A stretch of 64,000 bases of DNA. Source: a virus (taxonomy: Duplodnaviria > Heunggongvirae > Uroviricota > Caudoviricetes). Position numbers and translations under genes: made by a program. The first letter of the stretch is position 1. Each line of letters opens with the position of its first letter. The stretch spans positions 1 to 64,000 of IMG/VR virus record IMGVR_UViG_3300012352_000310; one strand, 5' to 3'. The notes under the pieces were generated by a model. The model was not told the DNA's origin. It ran no database searches and saw only the letters and a program-made list of their open reading frames with translations. Shown piece after piece: positions 53,777-63,832 of this stretch.

Positions 53777-55150
53777 TTAGCAATTCCACTTTTTCAATGC
53801 CAATGCTTTACGTGTAGGACGACCTTTGTCGTCTTTCATAGGTCCTTTAACACCGCCCATGCGAGCACAGAAAGATTTTCTACGCTTAGCAGCTTTACTA
53901 TCTGGGTCTAGTTTAGACGGAGGTGTAGTTACTGGAGCTTGTAAGTTACCACCCTTAGCATTGTAAGCATCACGGCCCTTTTGTGTTAGACCACCAGTTG
54001 AACTCTTATGTCCTTTAGCGTCAATAGCATACTCCAACAATTCTTCGTCGGTAATAGCTTCTAACTTTTCCCACAACGATTCAGAATCTACGTTATTGCT
54101 AATTGCTAACTCTTCAACTACTTCTTCAATTAGATTAAACTGTTCTTCTAGTTCTTCTCTAGACTGTAGATAATCTCTAACTGAACTTATGTAGTCTTGT
54201 GCCAAAGTAATTTTAGATTGAACCCACTCAGGCATGTTTTCTTCATCGGAAAGCATGTCAACTAGATCTTTCGAATTACGCAGGATCGTTTGTAGTTGTG
54301 TTCTGGCCATTTGACCTTCGTAGTCGTATTCACCGCTGTCAATAGCTTTAACTGCTTCTGCGATAGGGTGAAGCATATAATCTACGTCTTCTGCTACGCA
54401 GTTAGGCACCATCTTGTTGCCTTTCTTTTTTACGCCGACTTGTTTATAGCCGACCCAGCATGCTTCTAGAATTTCTTCATCCATACTTTCGCCATACATC
54501 GCTTGATATTTCAACGTATGCTTGCTTGGCTTAGTTTTAGCAGTAGCATCTCCTGGTGCTGGCTCGTAAGCAGAAGGATCACTGTCGCTTTTCTTATCCA
54601 TCTTTTTCCAGTGAGCTACTCTAGCTTTAGCTGTAGAATCACTAAGGCCTTTGTGATAAGCCTTATTGTCTAATCTTGAGTCTTCAGCAACGAAGGATTC
54701 GCCAAACTCATGCCCAGCAACTCGTTTCATTTGTGTGTTGAATTCGCTTTGAGATGGTTTTTCTTTGTAAAGCTTGATAGAGATCTCAGGTCTTTCTTTT
54801 CCTTTGATTCTCCAGTTGTAGCCTTTTTCTTTATGCTCAGGCTTAGTAGTCTTTACAACTCTTCGCTTGTAGCCAGCTTCCCACGATTCCGATTCATCTA
54901 AGTCTTCACGAAGATCTTTGTCAGCACCGTGGTACGTACCTTTGCCTTTGGTAATGTACGAATTGACACGAGCCATTCCCCATTGCTGTGGAGTAGTTCC
55001 TGGACGATGACCAGAATTCCAAGCTGCAACGCCGCGCTTGTAAACTTTACGAAGTATGCTTATTGATACTCCAGATTTTTCTGCTTTTGCAGCCAAACCA
55101 GCTTCTGCGGTTTCGCAGATTGGCTCTACATAGTTCTTAAATGTGATCAT
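53777..55150 (-). CDS. hypothetical protein with conserved N-terminal domain (RGVAAWNSGHRPG..QWGMARVNS)
   Basis: 457-aa ORF, basic C-terminus. Confidence 0.55.
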   Translation of the reverse strand: MITFKNYVEPICETAEAGLAAKAEKSGVSISILRKVYKRGVAAWNSGHRPGTTPQQWGMARVNSYITKGKGTYHGADKDLREDLDESESWEAGYKRRVVKTTKPEHKEKGYNWRIKGKERPEISIKLYKEKPSQSEFNTQMKRVAGHEFGESFVAEDSRLDNKAYHKGLSDSTAKARVAHWKKMDKKSDSDPSAYEPAPGDATAKTKPSKHTLKYQAMYGESMDEEILEACWVGYKQVGVKKKGNKMVPNCVAEDVDYMLHPIAEAVKAIDSGEYDYEGQMARTQLQTILRNSKDLVDMLSDEENMPEWVQSKITLAQDYISSVRDYLQSREELEEQFNLIEEVVEELAISNNVDSESLWEKLEAITDEELLEYAIDAKGHKSSTGGLTQKGRDAYNAKGGNLQAPVTTPPSKLDPDSKAAKRRKSFCARMGGVKGPMKDDKGRPTRKALALKKWNC

Positions 55151-55176
55151 TTTGTTTTCCTATTCTAACGATAGTT

Positions 55177-56406
55177 TTATCGTTGCCATCCTTTTAAGAT
55201 GTCTGCTGAGAAGTTTGCTTTACTGAATTCCATACGGTCTACGATCTTCACAGCGCCACCCGATAGGTGATCAATAGCAACGAAACCTTCAACACCGGTT
55301 GTTCTAAAACCGGTCGTGGTTTTTAAGAAAGTCTTGATATGTCCTGCTTCGTTCATCTTTGCGATAATCATCTGCTTAGCATCTACAATCAAGTTTGATA
55401 GATCAAAGATCTTTGCGATTTCTTCCTTTGGATGCTCAGCAAAGAACTTCATCACGCTTTTGCGTTTTTCTTCCCACTGAGCTTTAGACTTATCAGTCTT
55501 TTTGGAATCAATCTCTTTTTGATACTTATCGTAGATATAATTGAACAAACCTTCTACGTGAGCTTTAGTATTGGTGATCTTTTCACCAGCACGAACTTTA
55601 GAGTTGTTGTAAGTCTTTACAGCCATCAACAGATCAGCGTCTTTACTGATATAGTCAATAGTACGGCCGTTCACTTGAGTGAATAGCTTTCCGGCTTCAG
55701 ATAAGATAGCAGTGATCTTTTCTGTTTCTGATGCAGTGAATGTTGCAGTACCAGAATAGTCTTTATAGTTTGCATCGTCCATCCAAATAGTGGAGACGTC
55801 TTTGAATTTGTCAGTAATTGTCTTACCGAAAGATGCTTTCATCGTTTCGAAAGAATCACCAGTGTATGTTGTGTGCCATACAACACCAATCTTTGCAGAG
55901 CGAATCTTTTTGCCTAAGTCAGAATCGTAAGGCACAGCATAAAGAATAGTGTTTGGATGGAAGGTGATAAATTTTTCACCGTCAATCGTCTCAGTCTTCT
56001 TATCGTCAGTGAACATAAGGTCACCTTGATAAACTCCAGACTTAATACCAAGCTTAGAGAATTCTGATAGAGCGATCTTTAACTTTGCTGCTAGATCACC
56101 AGAAGTATCTGCATCAACTTCGGCTGCAGTCTTATATACTTTAGGCTCTTTATTGAAGACACCTTTTTTCGCAACGAAAAACTTACCGTCTCGTGGATCA
56201 ACACCAGCAAAAATGGCTGGAGCTCCGTCCCATTTGACCGTTGCAGTCAGTTTGCCTTTGCTGTTACCGGCAAGCATGTCACGAAGATCGCGCAAAAAGT
56301 TTATGGCTTTGCGCATTCCATCGACACCCTCGTTGAAGACAAGATCCTCAACGTGCTCCATGTGTGTGTTCTTATCTTCAGTGATAAAGTCTTTTAGTCT
56401 AAGCAT
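55177..56406 (-). CDS. ATP-dependent ligase-superfamily nucleotidyltransferase (RNA ligase-like)
   Basis: 409 aa; motif I KWDG, III IDGEKF, IV EGFVAI, V VKIVD in correct order. Confidence 0.55.
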   Translation of the reverse strand: MLRLKDFITEDKNTHMEHVEDLVFNEGVDGMRKAINFLRDLRDMLAGNSKGKLTATVKWDGAPAIFAGVDPRDGKFFVAKKGVFNKEPKVYKTAAEVDADTSGDLAAKLKIALSEFSKLGIKSGVYQGDLMFTDDKKTETIDGEKFITFHPNTILYAVPYDSDLGKKIRSAKIGVVWHTTYTGDSFETMKASFGKTITDKFKDVSTIWMDDANYKDYSGTATFTASETEKITAILSEAGKLFTQVNGRTIDYISKDADLLMAVKTYNNSKVRAGEKITNTKAHVEGLFNYIYDKYQKEIDSKKTDKSKAQWEEKRKSVMKFFAEHPKEEIAKIFDLSNLIVDAKQMIIAKMNEAGHIKTFLKTTTGFRTTGVEGFVAIDHLSGGAVKIVDRMEFSKANFSADILKGWQR

Positions 56407-56413
56407 TTTGTTC

Positions 56414-56446
56414 TATTATACCATAAATTTGATTTTTTGTACACCG
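56414..56446 (-). promoter_or_regulatory. early promoter module
   Basis: TATTATACCATAAATTTGATTTTTTGTACA. Confidence 0.6.
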
Positions 56447-57349
56447 TTACTTATTCTTGACTTCTGTCTTGAAAGTTCGGCCACCCATTGGATATATTGA
56501 AGCACGAGCGCCTTTAAGGCCCAATTGTGTTCTATCGCCTTTGTAGATAACAGCCAACACTGGCTCAAATCCACCGATGATTTTATCTGGCAAATAGTGT
56601 ATGTGACCCGTTGCAGTTAACTGAAAATCGCCAGTCGACATCTGCTTAAGTCCTGGATCACCTTGAATGAGAACGTCAACACGGTTTACGTCTAAACTTG
56701 CTTTATCGAAATTCACGCCGTATACTGACATCATCTTAAGCTTGTTGTCTTTGATCTTCATGTAAGCAGATTGACTGCTTGGCATAACACCGCCAGGATA
56801 CAACAGATTGACTTGTTGTTCAAAGTACTTTACTTCTGGATGATTTGCAATCTCTTTTTCAGTGATACCACCCCACTGTTGAAAGTCTTTTGGTGTGGAT
56901 CCCTTCTTATGAGAGATATGACAAACAGCTTTTCCACTTTCATCTACTAGGTGAAAGTCAGATTTTGGAGTGCCAGCAGTCTTTTCAACACCAACTATAT
57001 TCTTAACAGTGCGGCTCTTAAGCTTAACATTTATTGGACCGCCGTTAAGAATAACTGCTTGAATAACAGCTTCTTCCAACATAGCAATAGCTGCTGATTC
57101 TACATCAAGACCACCAGTACGCCCTGATGCTTTGATAGTGATCTTAACATTGCCAACTACGATACCACCGATAGAAGAACCTTTTAGATTTCTGTCTACA
57201 ACAGCGCCAAGATTAGATAACATCTCTGCGAGCTCGAGCATCTTCTTTACTCGATCACCATCGACTAATACTACTATGCTTGTGCGGGTCTTACTCTTTA
57301 GAGTATAGCCTTTAGTGGCTAAGTAATCCGCTAATTGCATTCCATCCAT
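56447..57349 (-). CDS. hypothetical protein (late)
   Basis: 300 aa; ATGA overlap with upstream late gene. Confidence 0.55.
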   Translation of the reverse strand: MDGMQLADYLATKGYTLKSKTRTSIVVLVDGDRVKKMLELAEMLSNLGAVVDRNLKGSSIGGIVVGNVKITIKASGRTGGLDVESAAIAMLEEAVIQAVILNGGPINVKLKSRTVKNIVGVEKTAGTPKSDFHLVDESGKAVCHISHKKGSTPKDFQQWGGITEKEIANHPEVKYFEQQVNLLYPGGVMPSSQSAYMKIKDNKLKMMSVYGVNFDKASLDVNRVDVLIQGDPGLKQMSTGDFQLTATGHIHYLPDKIIGGFEPVLAVIYKGDRTQLGLKGARASIYPMGGRTFKTEVKNK

Positions 57350-58269
57350 TACTCAGCAGAGCCTTTTAGAGATGTTGCAATTGGAGTGCTTTCTGGCTTT
57401 AGACGGTGTCTTAAGAAAGTCTTGCCGTTATGCTTAAATTCAATTGAGTTGTTGCCAGACTTATGAACTGTGATATTCTTTGGATCATTTAAGATATGAT
57501 CGTGAGATGTTGCCGAATGTTCAGTGTCTACACTGTGGTCGTCTCCGCTTCCACCAGTTGTAGTCTTGTACAATGGAAGCTTAGTTTCATGAGCATGCAA
57601 TAGATTGTTTCTGATATGATCGCTTAATGCTTTTGGATGCATTTGAGAAAGTGAGTGGTGCCACTCATCGCGAATCTTACCTATAGCAGCATTGGATAGT
57701 TTTTCAGCAGTTTCACGGAACTTAGGATTGTCTTTAATGGCTTGCTTCATTTCAACCTTAGACATTCCTTGAAGCTCTTTATGCTTCTTGATCATCTCTT
57801 CGCGTGCATCATCATAGTGCTTAACTGCATTAGTTCCAAGTTGTTGGTCTGTTTGCTTTGCACCAGGATTTCCGACAGGAACTTTACCATTCTTTTTCTT
57901 GGTGACTTTTAAAGAGATACCAACGTGAGCTCCATTCTTGTGTCGCAAGATAATGTCAGCAGAGTTCTGTTGCTGTGTCTCTTCTACACCAGTAATTCTA
58001 CCTATGTCTCCTGGCTTAGAAGACCAGTGAGCAGAAGCAATACCGTCACCAAACTTTTGGCGTAGATGGTCTGCTGTGCCTTTTGCCATTTTAACGTGGT
58101 CTTTGTACTCTTCTGGAGTCATGCGCTTTTTTATCTCATCGTGAGTGCGCTCTGCCTCTGGAGACATATGCTTACCGTGGTTTAGTTCTTTACCGGTAAG
58201 AATTTCGTGGATAACACCTTTATCGTTAGACGATACGGCTTCCGTTAAAAATGAGATAAAAGTTTTCAT
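57349..58269 (-). CDS. hypothetical His-rich protein (late)
   Basis: 306 aa; late promoter 30 nt upstream. Confidence 0.55.
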   Translation of the reverse strand: MKTFISFLTEAVSSNDKGVIHEILTGKELNHGKHMSPEAERTHDEIKKRMTPEEYKDHVKMAKGTADHLRQKFGDGIASAHWSSKPGDIGRITGVEETQQQNSADIILRHKNGAHVGISLKVTKKKNGKVPVGNPGAKQTDQQLGTNAVKHYDDAREEMIKKHKELQGMSKVEMKQAIKDNPKFRETAEKLSNAAIGKIRDEWHHSLSQMHPKALSDHIRNNLLHAHETKLPLYKTTTGGSGDDHSVDTEHSATSHDHILNDPKNITVHKSGNNSIEFKHNGKTFLRHRLKPESTPIATSLKGSAE

Positions 58270-58298
58270 ATCACTATCTAGAATTAGGTTGACTTTTA

Positions 58299-58306
58299 TA
58301 TTTATA
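58299..58306 (-). promoter_or_regulatory. T4-type late promoter TATAAATA
   Basis: plus TATTTATA; sits between terminator hairpin and gene start. Confidence 0.6.
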
Positions 58307-58332
58307 AAAAGAAAAGCCCCTTGCGGGGCTTT
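58304..58332 (-). terminator. rho-independent terminator ending the upstream early operon
   Basis: hairpin AAGCCCC-TTGC-GGGGCTT followed by U-rich run on minus strand. Confidence 0.7.
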
Positions 58333-58334
58333 GA

Positions 58335-59561
58335 TTAGATGAACTCTTCTAGTGAAGTTCTGGGAGCTGTATCCCTTATTTCGTAAGTCTTGTTTCCATT
58401 ATATTGGTAGATAAGATCTCCATTTAGCCAATCTCTCTTACCATCCAAGGCGTCTTTGATCTCGTTTGCCATATCGCTAGCAGTGGTAACTGGAACGTTT
58501 TGACACACATGATTCAAGTTACGGCTAGGATTGAGCAACTCGAAGTCATATGGAAGTCCCATTAAACTCATTGCTTCTCGATACGTTATATAACGATCTT
58601 CATCGGGGTGCGTGAGGTTGGTTGGTAAGTGTCCGACGAAGGCTCCAATGTAATTAGCTGGAATAACAGAAGACCTACGCATAATATTACCACCAGCAGC
58701 CAACTTTGTAGCAATAGCTTCACACTTTGTAGCAACTTTTGGATAATCATTCGCTTCCATCCACTTCTTTACTTGCCAGTAATCAGTTTTAGATTCAATC
58801 CAGTCCATAGCGTCTACGGACTTGGTCAATTTTTTCACAAACTCTTGATGAGTGATTCCACCTTCTAATTCTTCTAGAACATATCGATAGTAAGGATCAT
58901 CTTTAGACGGGATCTTCTTATTCGTGACTTCATGCTGTGTTAGATCTTTTGGTATCTCACGGATAGCATCTTCGATTCGTTTGTTCGCACGATCAAAGTA
59001 GTTGAACAAAGGCACTTGGTTGCCTTTCCAAAAGAAGTAGAATGAACGTTCACGAACTTGGCTCAATCCATGCAGAAGAGACTTTGTACGATAGATCGAC
59101 ATAGTGTAACCCTGTGCTGAAGCAATTACACGAAGTTTATCTACAATAGGCTTACCCATTTCGCCTGCGAATCGAGGAGCATTCTCTCCCCAAAAGACTT
59201 TCGGTTTCATCTCTTCTAAAACATACTTCGCCGTAGTTGTCATCCAATCGTTCACAGCTGCTTCAGAATTTGCAGAAGTAGAAAGAGAAGAAAGACCAGC
59301 ACATGGGCAAGTTGCACCAACAACATCGACATAATGAGGATGGCGTCCACCTTGGTCTAGAAGAATGTATGGAACGTCTTTATAGTAGTTGACTAAGTGT
59401 GAGTCGTTACTAGAGAATGGCGAATACGACAAAAGGTAGTCTGGACGACTACCAAATGCTTTTTCTTGACCGAGTGGAAGTCCCCCAATTAGAGGGACAA
59501 TTGCTGCATGTTTAAACAAAGAAAGACTCCAAAGTATCAGTTGGCTTTTGAGATGATTCAT
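58335..59561 (-). CDS. DNA C5-cytosine methyltransferase-family protein (divergent)
   Basis: 408 aa; GATCPCAGLS (motif IV PC), GENAPRF (motif VI ENV-like), QVRER (VIII), REAMSLMGLPYDF (motif X). Confidence 0.6.
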   Translation of the reverse strand: MNHLKSQLILWSLSLFKHAAIVPLIGGLPLGQEKAFGSRPDYLLSYSPFSSNDSHLVNYYKDVPYILLDQGGRHPHYVDVVGATCPCAGLSSLSTSANSEAAVNDWMTTTAKYVLEEMKPKVFWGENAPRFAGEMGKPIVDKLRVIASAQGYTMSIYRTKSLLHGLSQVRERSFYFFWKGNQVPLFNYFDRANKRIEDAIREIPKDLTQHEVTNKKIPSKDDPYYRYVLEELEGGITHQEFVKKLTKSVDAMDWIESKTDYWQVKKWMEANDYPKVATKCEAIATKLAAGGNIMRRSSVIPANYIGAFVGHLPTNLTHPDEDRYITYREAMSLMGLPYDFELLNPSRNLNHVCQNVPVTTASDMANEIKDALDGKRDWLNGDLIYQYNGNKTYEIRDTAPRTSLEEFI

Positions 59562-60333
59562 ATGCTTTCTTATGCTGAATCACCGTTCCATATTTAGTCA
59601 ACCCTTTCCAAGGGCCGCTTGGTACTTTCTTCTCAGTTAGCTTGATAAAGTTAGGCCACAGATCAGCCAACTTCTTTTGAGCTTCGTTATGCACTTCAAT
59701 AGTGCGCCAAGTAGAACATCCACCAGCAGCGTTAGTCTCAGAACAGGTTACCATGTATTTAGCGCTGATACGATTCTTAAATCCACGAGTCAGCAATTGT
59801 AGATTCACATCAAAGTCTTCTGCTGCAGCAACACGATTCCATTCGATGTCCGTTGGAATACGAGGGCCATCATAGAAAACGTTTGTCATGATACGTTGGC
59901 ATTCACGTACTGGCCATTGCTTAACATCTGGAATAACCCAAGCAGGCAGCAATCCACCGTAAGCAATACCTTCGTCCATCCAAGTATCGCACAGACCAAA
60001 TGCATCGTCAAAGTCTTGATCACTGAACTTTCGGCTCAACCACTTAGTGCCTTCACCGGGATTCGGTTCTTTTACTACGAAGTCAAGATCATCGTCAAAC
60101 ACAAAATGCCTAGAATCGCGAAACCGATTGAAGATCCATTCTCGAGTAGGCGCAATGCGATTGATTTCTGCAGGAAGTCGTAGTACTTTTCCTGGATAGC
60201 GTTTTTCCATTTCGTCATATTCATGCTCCTGTACGACAAAGGTTGTAATATTCTTGTACTTTTCTGGCAAGTTACCATACGTGACTTGTTTGTCCATACG
60301 TCCAAGAGTCGGGATTACGATGTGTTGAATCAT
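59512..60333 (-). CDS. GT-A-like glycosyltransferase candidate
   Basis: 273 aa; N-terminal VIPTLGR (GT2-like) and FDDDLDF DxD motif. Confidence 0.45.
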   Translation of the reverse strand: MIQHIVIPTLGRMDKQVTYGNLPEKYKNITTFVVQEHEYDEMEKRYPGKVLRLPAEINRIAPTREWIFNRFRDSRHFVFDDDLDFVVKEPNPGEGTKWLSRKFSDQDFDDAFGLCDTWMDEGIAYGGLLPAWVIPDVKQWPVRECQRIMTNVFYDGPRIPTDIEWNRVAAAEDFDVNLQLLTRGFKNRISAKYMVTCSETNAAGGCSTWRTIEVHNEAQKKLADLWPNFIKLTEKKVPSGPWKGLTKYGTVIQHKKAYESSQKPTDTLESFFV

Positions 60334-60710
60334 TTAAGATAGTCCTTACATTCTGAGATAATTTTTGCTTCGAACGCTTTATCATTCAAGAGCCTGTTCA
60401 AAGGAGAAGGATGAGGCAACTTGAAATGAGATACGTTGATTGTATTTAGTGCGCTCGAAACGAAGCCACCTAATGCTATTATTTTATCATAGTCTTTAGA
60501 TACAGTACATAGTCGTTTGAAGTCAATACGAACAGTTTTGACTTGACCTGGAGCATCAATTACATTCATGAAAGAAAAGTGCTTAACTCCGAAAGTATTC
60601 ATCCATGACTCAAGCTTAGTAAACGTTGGACCCTTTTTAGTTTTAAGATCACGACTGCTTGGATTCATTCCAATAACTAATAGCTTCATACTTTTTCTAC
60701 TTGCCAGCAA
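60330..60710 (-). CDS. uracil-DNA glycosylase superfamily protein (SMUG-like, short)
   Basis: 126 aa; motif A VIGMNPS and motif B HPSPLN. Confidence 0.5.
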   Translation of the reverse strand: MLASRKSMKLLVIGMNPSSRDLKTKKGPTFTKLESWMNTFGVKHFSFMNVIDAPGQVKTVRIDFKRLCTVSKDYDKIIALGGFVSSALNTINVSHFKLPHPSPLNRLLNDKAFEAKIISECKDYLK

Positions 60711-60883
60711 TGTGATGTGCCTTTAATTCCGTCGTCGTACTGCAACTCTAAATTTCCCCAGAATGATTCTGGGTAATCCCAATGTAGTGTCTGTTTAATA
60801 ACTGTAGCTTCTTGTCGCATTGGGTGAACATACACTCTATCGCCTGGAAGAAACTTTGGAGGATTTCCGTTTGAGTCTTTCAT
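60686..60883 (-). CDS. hypothetical protein
   Basis: 65-aa ORF. Confidence 0.4.
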   Translation of the reverse strand: MKDSNGNPPKFLPGDRVYVHPMRQEATVIKQTLHWDYPESFWGNLELQYDDGIKGTSHCWQVEKV

Positions 60884-61221
60884 ATTCTTTTCACATATAC
60901 TACTAAACCAAGCTTAGTAGCGGTTTCAATCATGTTCTTTGTTCCGCGGGACTTACCGTCCCATATTGCAATCAGTGCATCAGCGTTTTCAGCCATTTTT
61001 CTATTTCTTAATGGACCTGCAGCTCTGCCATGACGTTCCCAATCAGCTTCATAGATATGTAGTGTCAGATTCATGTTCATGGCGTACTGCTCACCTAAAG
61101 CATCTACACCTTTAGCTCCACCTGATACAACAGTAGTGATGTTTAGATTAGCTTCTTCGATAGCATCTAACACTAATTGGTAGTCGTGGATCTCTCTTCC
61201 ACCAGCGATAATAGTCTTCAT
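60880..61221 (-). CDS. SLOG/DprA-like Rossmann-fold protein (DUF2493-like)
   Basis: 113 aa; IIAGGRE...SGGAKGVD...GPLRNRKM pattern. Confidence 0.5.
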   Translation of the reverse strand: MKTIIAGGREIHDYQLVLDAIEEANLNITTVVSGGAKGVDALGEQYAMNMNLTLHIYEADWERHGRAAGPLRNRKMAENADALIAIWDGKSRGTKNMIETATKLGLVVYVKRI

Positions 61222-61670
61222 GGCGTAACGTAATCGTAAGTGACACTAGCTTCTTCAAACAAAGAACGAGTGCGTTCCCAGGATTCAACCCAGATCGGAG
61301 GAATAACGTCATCGACCAAAAACACTACGTGTCTAATACCAACTTGAATAATACCCTTTGCGCACTCACTACATACTGGAAGTCCATATACAAACATAGT
61401 TGAATCTGCAAGCGAGGTACCATTTAAGCAAGCGTTGAAGATAGCATTCATCTCGGCATGTACTACATACTTGTACTTAGTTTCGCGATCGCTCAATCTA
61501 TCTTGGTTATCTGCGATTCCTCGTGGAAAGCCATTGAATCCTTGGGCAAGGATTTGTCCTTTAGACCCAACAGCGACAGCACCAATCTTTCTACTTGGAT
61601 CTTTACTCCAAGTAGAAATATGTTTTGCCAGCTGCAGGTAGTTGTTACGCCACTTGATGGATTCTGTCAT
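61218..61670 (-). CDS. cd: dCMP deaminase
   Basis: HAEMNAI zinc motif and PCSECAKGI; start trimmed to internal ATG. Confidence 0.75.
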   Translation of the reverse strand: MTESIKWRNNYLQLAKHISTWSKDPSRKIGAVAVGSKGQILAQGFNGFPRGIADNQDRLSDRETKYKYVVHAEMNAIFNACLNGTSLADSTMFVYGLPVCSECAKGIIQVGIRHVVFLVDDVIPPIWVESWERTRSLFEEASVTYDYVTP

Positions 61671-62367
61671 ATTCTTCCTTAGTAATATGAACTTCACCGG
61701 TTGCAATGTAATGGTCAACGAGATAGAACTGTCGATCATAGATATGTAGAGATCCAACGTTCCAATGAATATCACCAATCTCTACGTTAAGATCGATTGC
61801 AAGAGCTGCTAACACATGGTATTGCCAAGCATAATCGTTGCGGTAACCAGCCCAAGCATCATTAGAACGCATTTGTACGATTGCATTCAATTTACCTTTT
61901 CTCAAGATGTATTGAACTGCATTAGTACACATGAAGTCAGATCGACCATTTTCGTTATAATCTGTCCACATGTTTGGACGAGTATAGATCATTGTTGCGC
62001 GACGAGAATCTGGATTCTTTTGTAGTTCTGCTAGAACGTTCTTGTACTGCGATCCATTAGCGCTGTTGTATACACACCAACCGTAGTTAGAATTGATTCG
62101 ACCATTCTTGCAAGCAACTTGTTGCCAGATCTTTGGTGCACCACCGGGAATGTCGTTCACATAAAGAGATTGAGACATATACCAGTCAAGTTCGCGTTGA
62201 ACATAATCTTCGTTCACTGCACCAAAGATCATTTCCTCGTCGGCAAGAAATGATGCCCCAACGATCTCAATGACTCTACCACCGAACTTATCAGTTACGA
62301 ATTCGCCATCATCATATAGTGCTGCAAACTGATTGCGAATATCTTCTACTGAGTTAATAAAAATCAT
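61645..62367 (-). CDS. deoxycytidylate (pyrimidine dNMP) hydroxymethylase, ThyA family (T4 gene 42-like)
   Basis: 240 aa; NPDSRRATMIYTRP and DFMCTNAVQY...MRSNDAWAGYRNDYAWQ; catalytic Cys, Asp in RNDY; lacks ThyA N-terminal domain. Confidence 0.7.
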   Translation of the reverse strand: MIFINSVEDIRNQFAALYDDGEFVTDKFGGRVIEIVGASFLADEEMIFGAVNEDYVQRELDWYMSQSLYVNDIPGGAPKIWQQVACKNGRINSNYGWCVYNSANGSQYKNVLAELQKNPDSRRATMIYTRPNMWTDYNENGRSDFMCTNAVQYILRKGKLNAIVQMRSNDAWAGYRNDYAWQYHVLAALAIDLNVEIGDIHWNVGSLHIYDRQFYLVDHYIATGEVHITKEEYDRIHQVA

Positions 62368-62882
62368 TTTGAGTCCTTCTTCATAGAGATGTCGTAGATG
62401 TCGTATTGGCTTACTTTGGTATCTTGGTTGAACACACTATAGCCGCTTAGCCATTCTGTACCCGAAGCGTTGATTGTAATAGTATTTTCTTGCTGGCGGA
62501 ATTTAGTTGGTACTAAACTAGTTTGAGTGCCATTAGTTACTGGTCGATTGAAAACATCGTGAGCTGGATTTTGGCCAGGAACGTCACCACGCATATAAGC
62601 TGCGATGAATGAAGCATAGTTGATAAGATCGATAGCAGAATCTTCGATAGATTCGAAGTTAGCTTTACCGCCTTGTTCCATAGTTTCCAGAACAGAAACC
62701 ATACGCAAGTATTTTGCATTCACTACATCGAGGATAGACCATACACCACGTGGATAATAGTCTGCTTGTTCAACAGATGTTTTGGCGCCATTGTAATCAG
62801 CACCTTTCTTTTCTTGCAGTTCTGCTGCTTCTAGCAGAATATTTGCTGAGGGGCGAGAGTATTGTTTAGTCATTCGAACCAT
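62364..62882 (-). CDS. DUF1599-like nucleotide-modification-associated protein
   Basis: 172 aa; KKGADYNG...YPRGVWSILDVVNAKYLRMVSVLE. Confidence 0.4.
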   Translation of the reverse strand: MVRMTKQYSRPSANILLEAAELQEKKGADYNGAKTSVEQADYYPRGVWSILDVVNAKYLRMVSVLETMEQGGKANFESIEDSAIDLINYASFIAAYMRGDVPGQNPAHDVFNRPVTNGTQTSLVPTKFRQQENTITINASGTEWLSGYSVFNQDTKVSQYDIYDISMKKDSK

Positions 62883-63310
62883 CCTAAAGTTTCAGATTTT
62901 GAGAAATTTCGCATTATTTCAGCGAGCTTTGGGTGTTTTACGCTTTTAAGTAAAACCATTTTGTCAATCGGCCAACATGCCATCACACGGCCGTCATCCA
63001 TAGTTGAACTGAATACACTTCTACGGTCAACACATTCCCATATTAGAATTGTATCACTAAGACTGTATTCTATGAAAATCAAACGATCGACGTATAGACA
63101 CTTCTTTAAGTTATTACCGTTGCCGTATGATCTGTTTACAGTAAAAGCGTTTGAGTGCCTGTATCGACTTTGAACTTTGATCTCTACTTGTTTTCCGTCG
63201 CTTTGCACGAGGTCTTTTTCGCCGTCATATTTGTATTCTGACAGAAGGCCACCAAATAAAGCTTGATAGTAGATTTCACCGATAGTGCCAAGGATTTCTT
63301 GATCAGTCAT
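62870..63310 (-). CDS. hypothetical protein
   Basis: 146-aa minus ORF. Confidence 0.45.
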   Translation of the reverse strand: MTDQEILGTIGEIYYQALFGGLLSEYKYDGEKDLVQSDGKQVEIKVQSRYRHSNAFTVNRSYGNGNNLKKCLYVDRLIFIEYSLSDTILIWECVDRRSVFSSTMDDGRVMACWPIDKMVLLKSVKHPKLAEIMRNFSKSETLGWFE

Positions 63311-63810
63311 CGCATAACTTCTCTACAAAATGGAAGATCTTCACCATGCATCATTGCCTCTTGAATAATAAGTTGTTCATTATCTTCAGCAGTTTCTATT
63401 TCAACAGTACATGTCAGACCTGTGATAAGTGAATTGATTTCCATTACTATGCGAGGAGACTGTATAGCATAAACATCTAAAGAAGAGTGCTTATTGTCAA
63501 TCATGTAATTGTAGATCTTACGAGTAGTGGGATCCCAAGTTTCTTTGCCGTTCTTGTTGTATCGCTTTTTAGTATATTCTTGAGAACGTTGGTACCAACC
63601 AGTGCCAGATTTTCCAGCAGCTTTTCCAATCTTCATCAGCTTTTTGCCGACGAAAAAGAAATAGACCACATCACCCAAAGTACGAAAATACTTTGTTTTA
63701 ATGCGGCCTGAAGAACTAGCTTGTGTTGTGACAAATTTTATTTGATCTTTAGCGAATGTTAGCTTTCCGATAAATTCAGCTTTAGATTTGATTTTTTTCG
63801 CATATGACAT
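63307..63810 (-). CDS. GIY-YIG-like nuclease candidate (T4 DenA/endonuclease II-like)
   Basis: 167 aa; VVYFFFVGKKLMKIGKA resembles GIY...YIG core as in T4 DenA. Confidence 0.4.
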   Translation of the reverse strand: MSYAKKIKSKAEFIGKLTFAKDQIKFVTTQASSSGRIKTKYFRTLGDVVYFFFVGKKLMKIGKAAGKSGTGWYQRSQEYTKKRYNKNGKETWDPTTRKIYNYMIDNKHSSLDVYAIQSPRIVMEINSLITGLTCTVEIETAEDNEQLIIQEAMMHGEDLPFCREVMR

Positions 63811-63832
63811 AATATACCTCGCACGTATGATA

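Noticed and set aside
61645-62367. calling the ThyA-family gene a thymidylate synthase (td)
   Set aside because: It lacks the ThyA N-terminal domain, is 240 aa with gene-42-like motifs and an Asp in the RNDY base-recognition position. A separate ThyX already sits in the td position beside nrdA.
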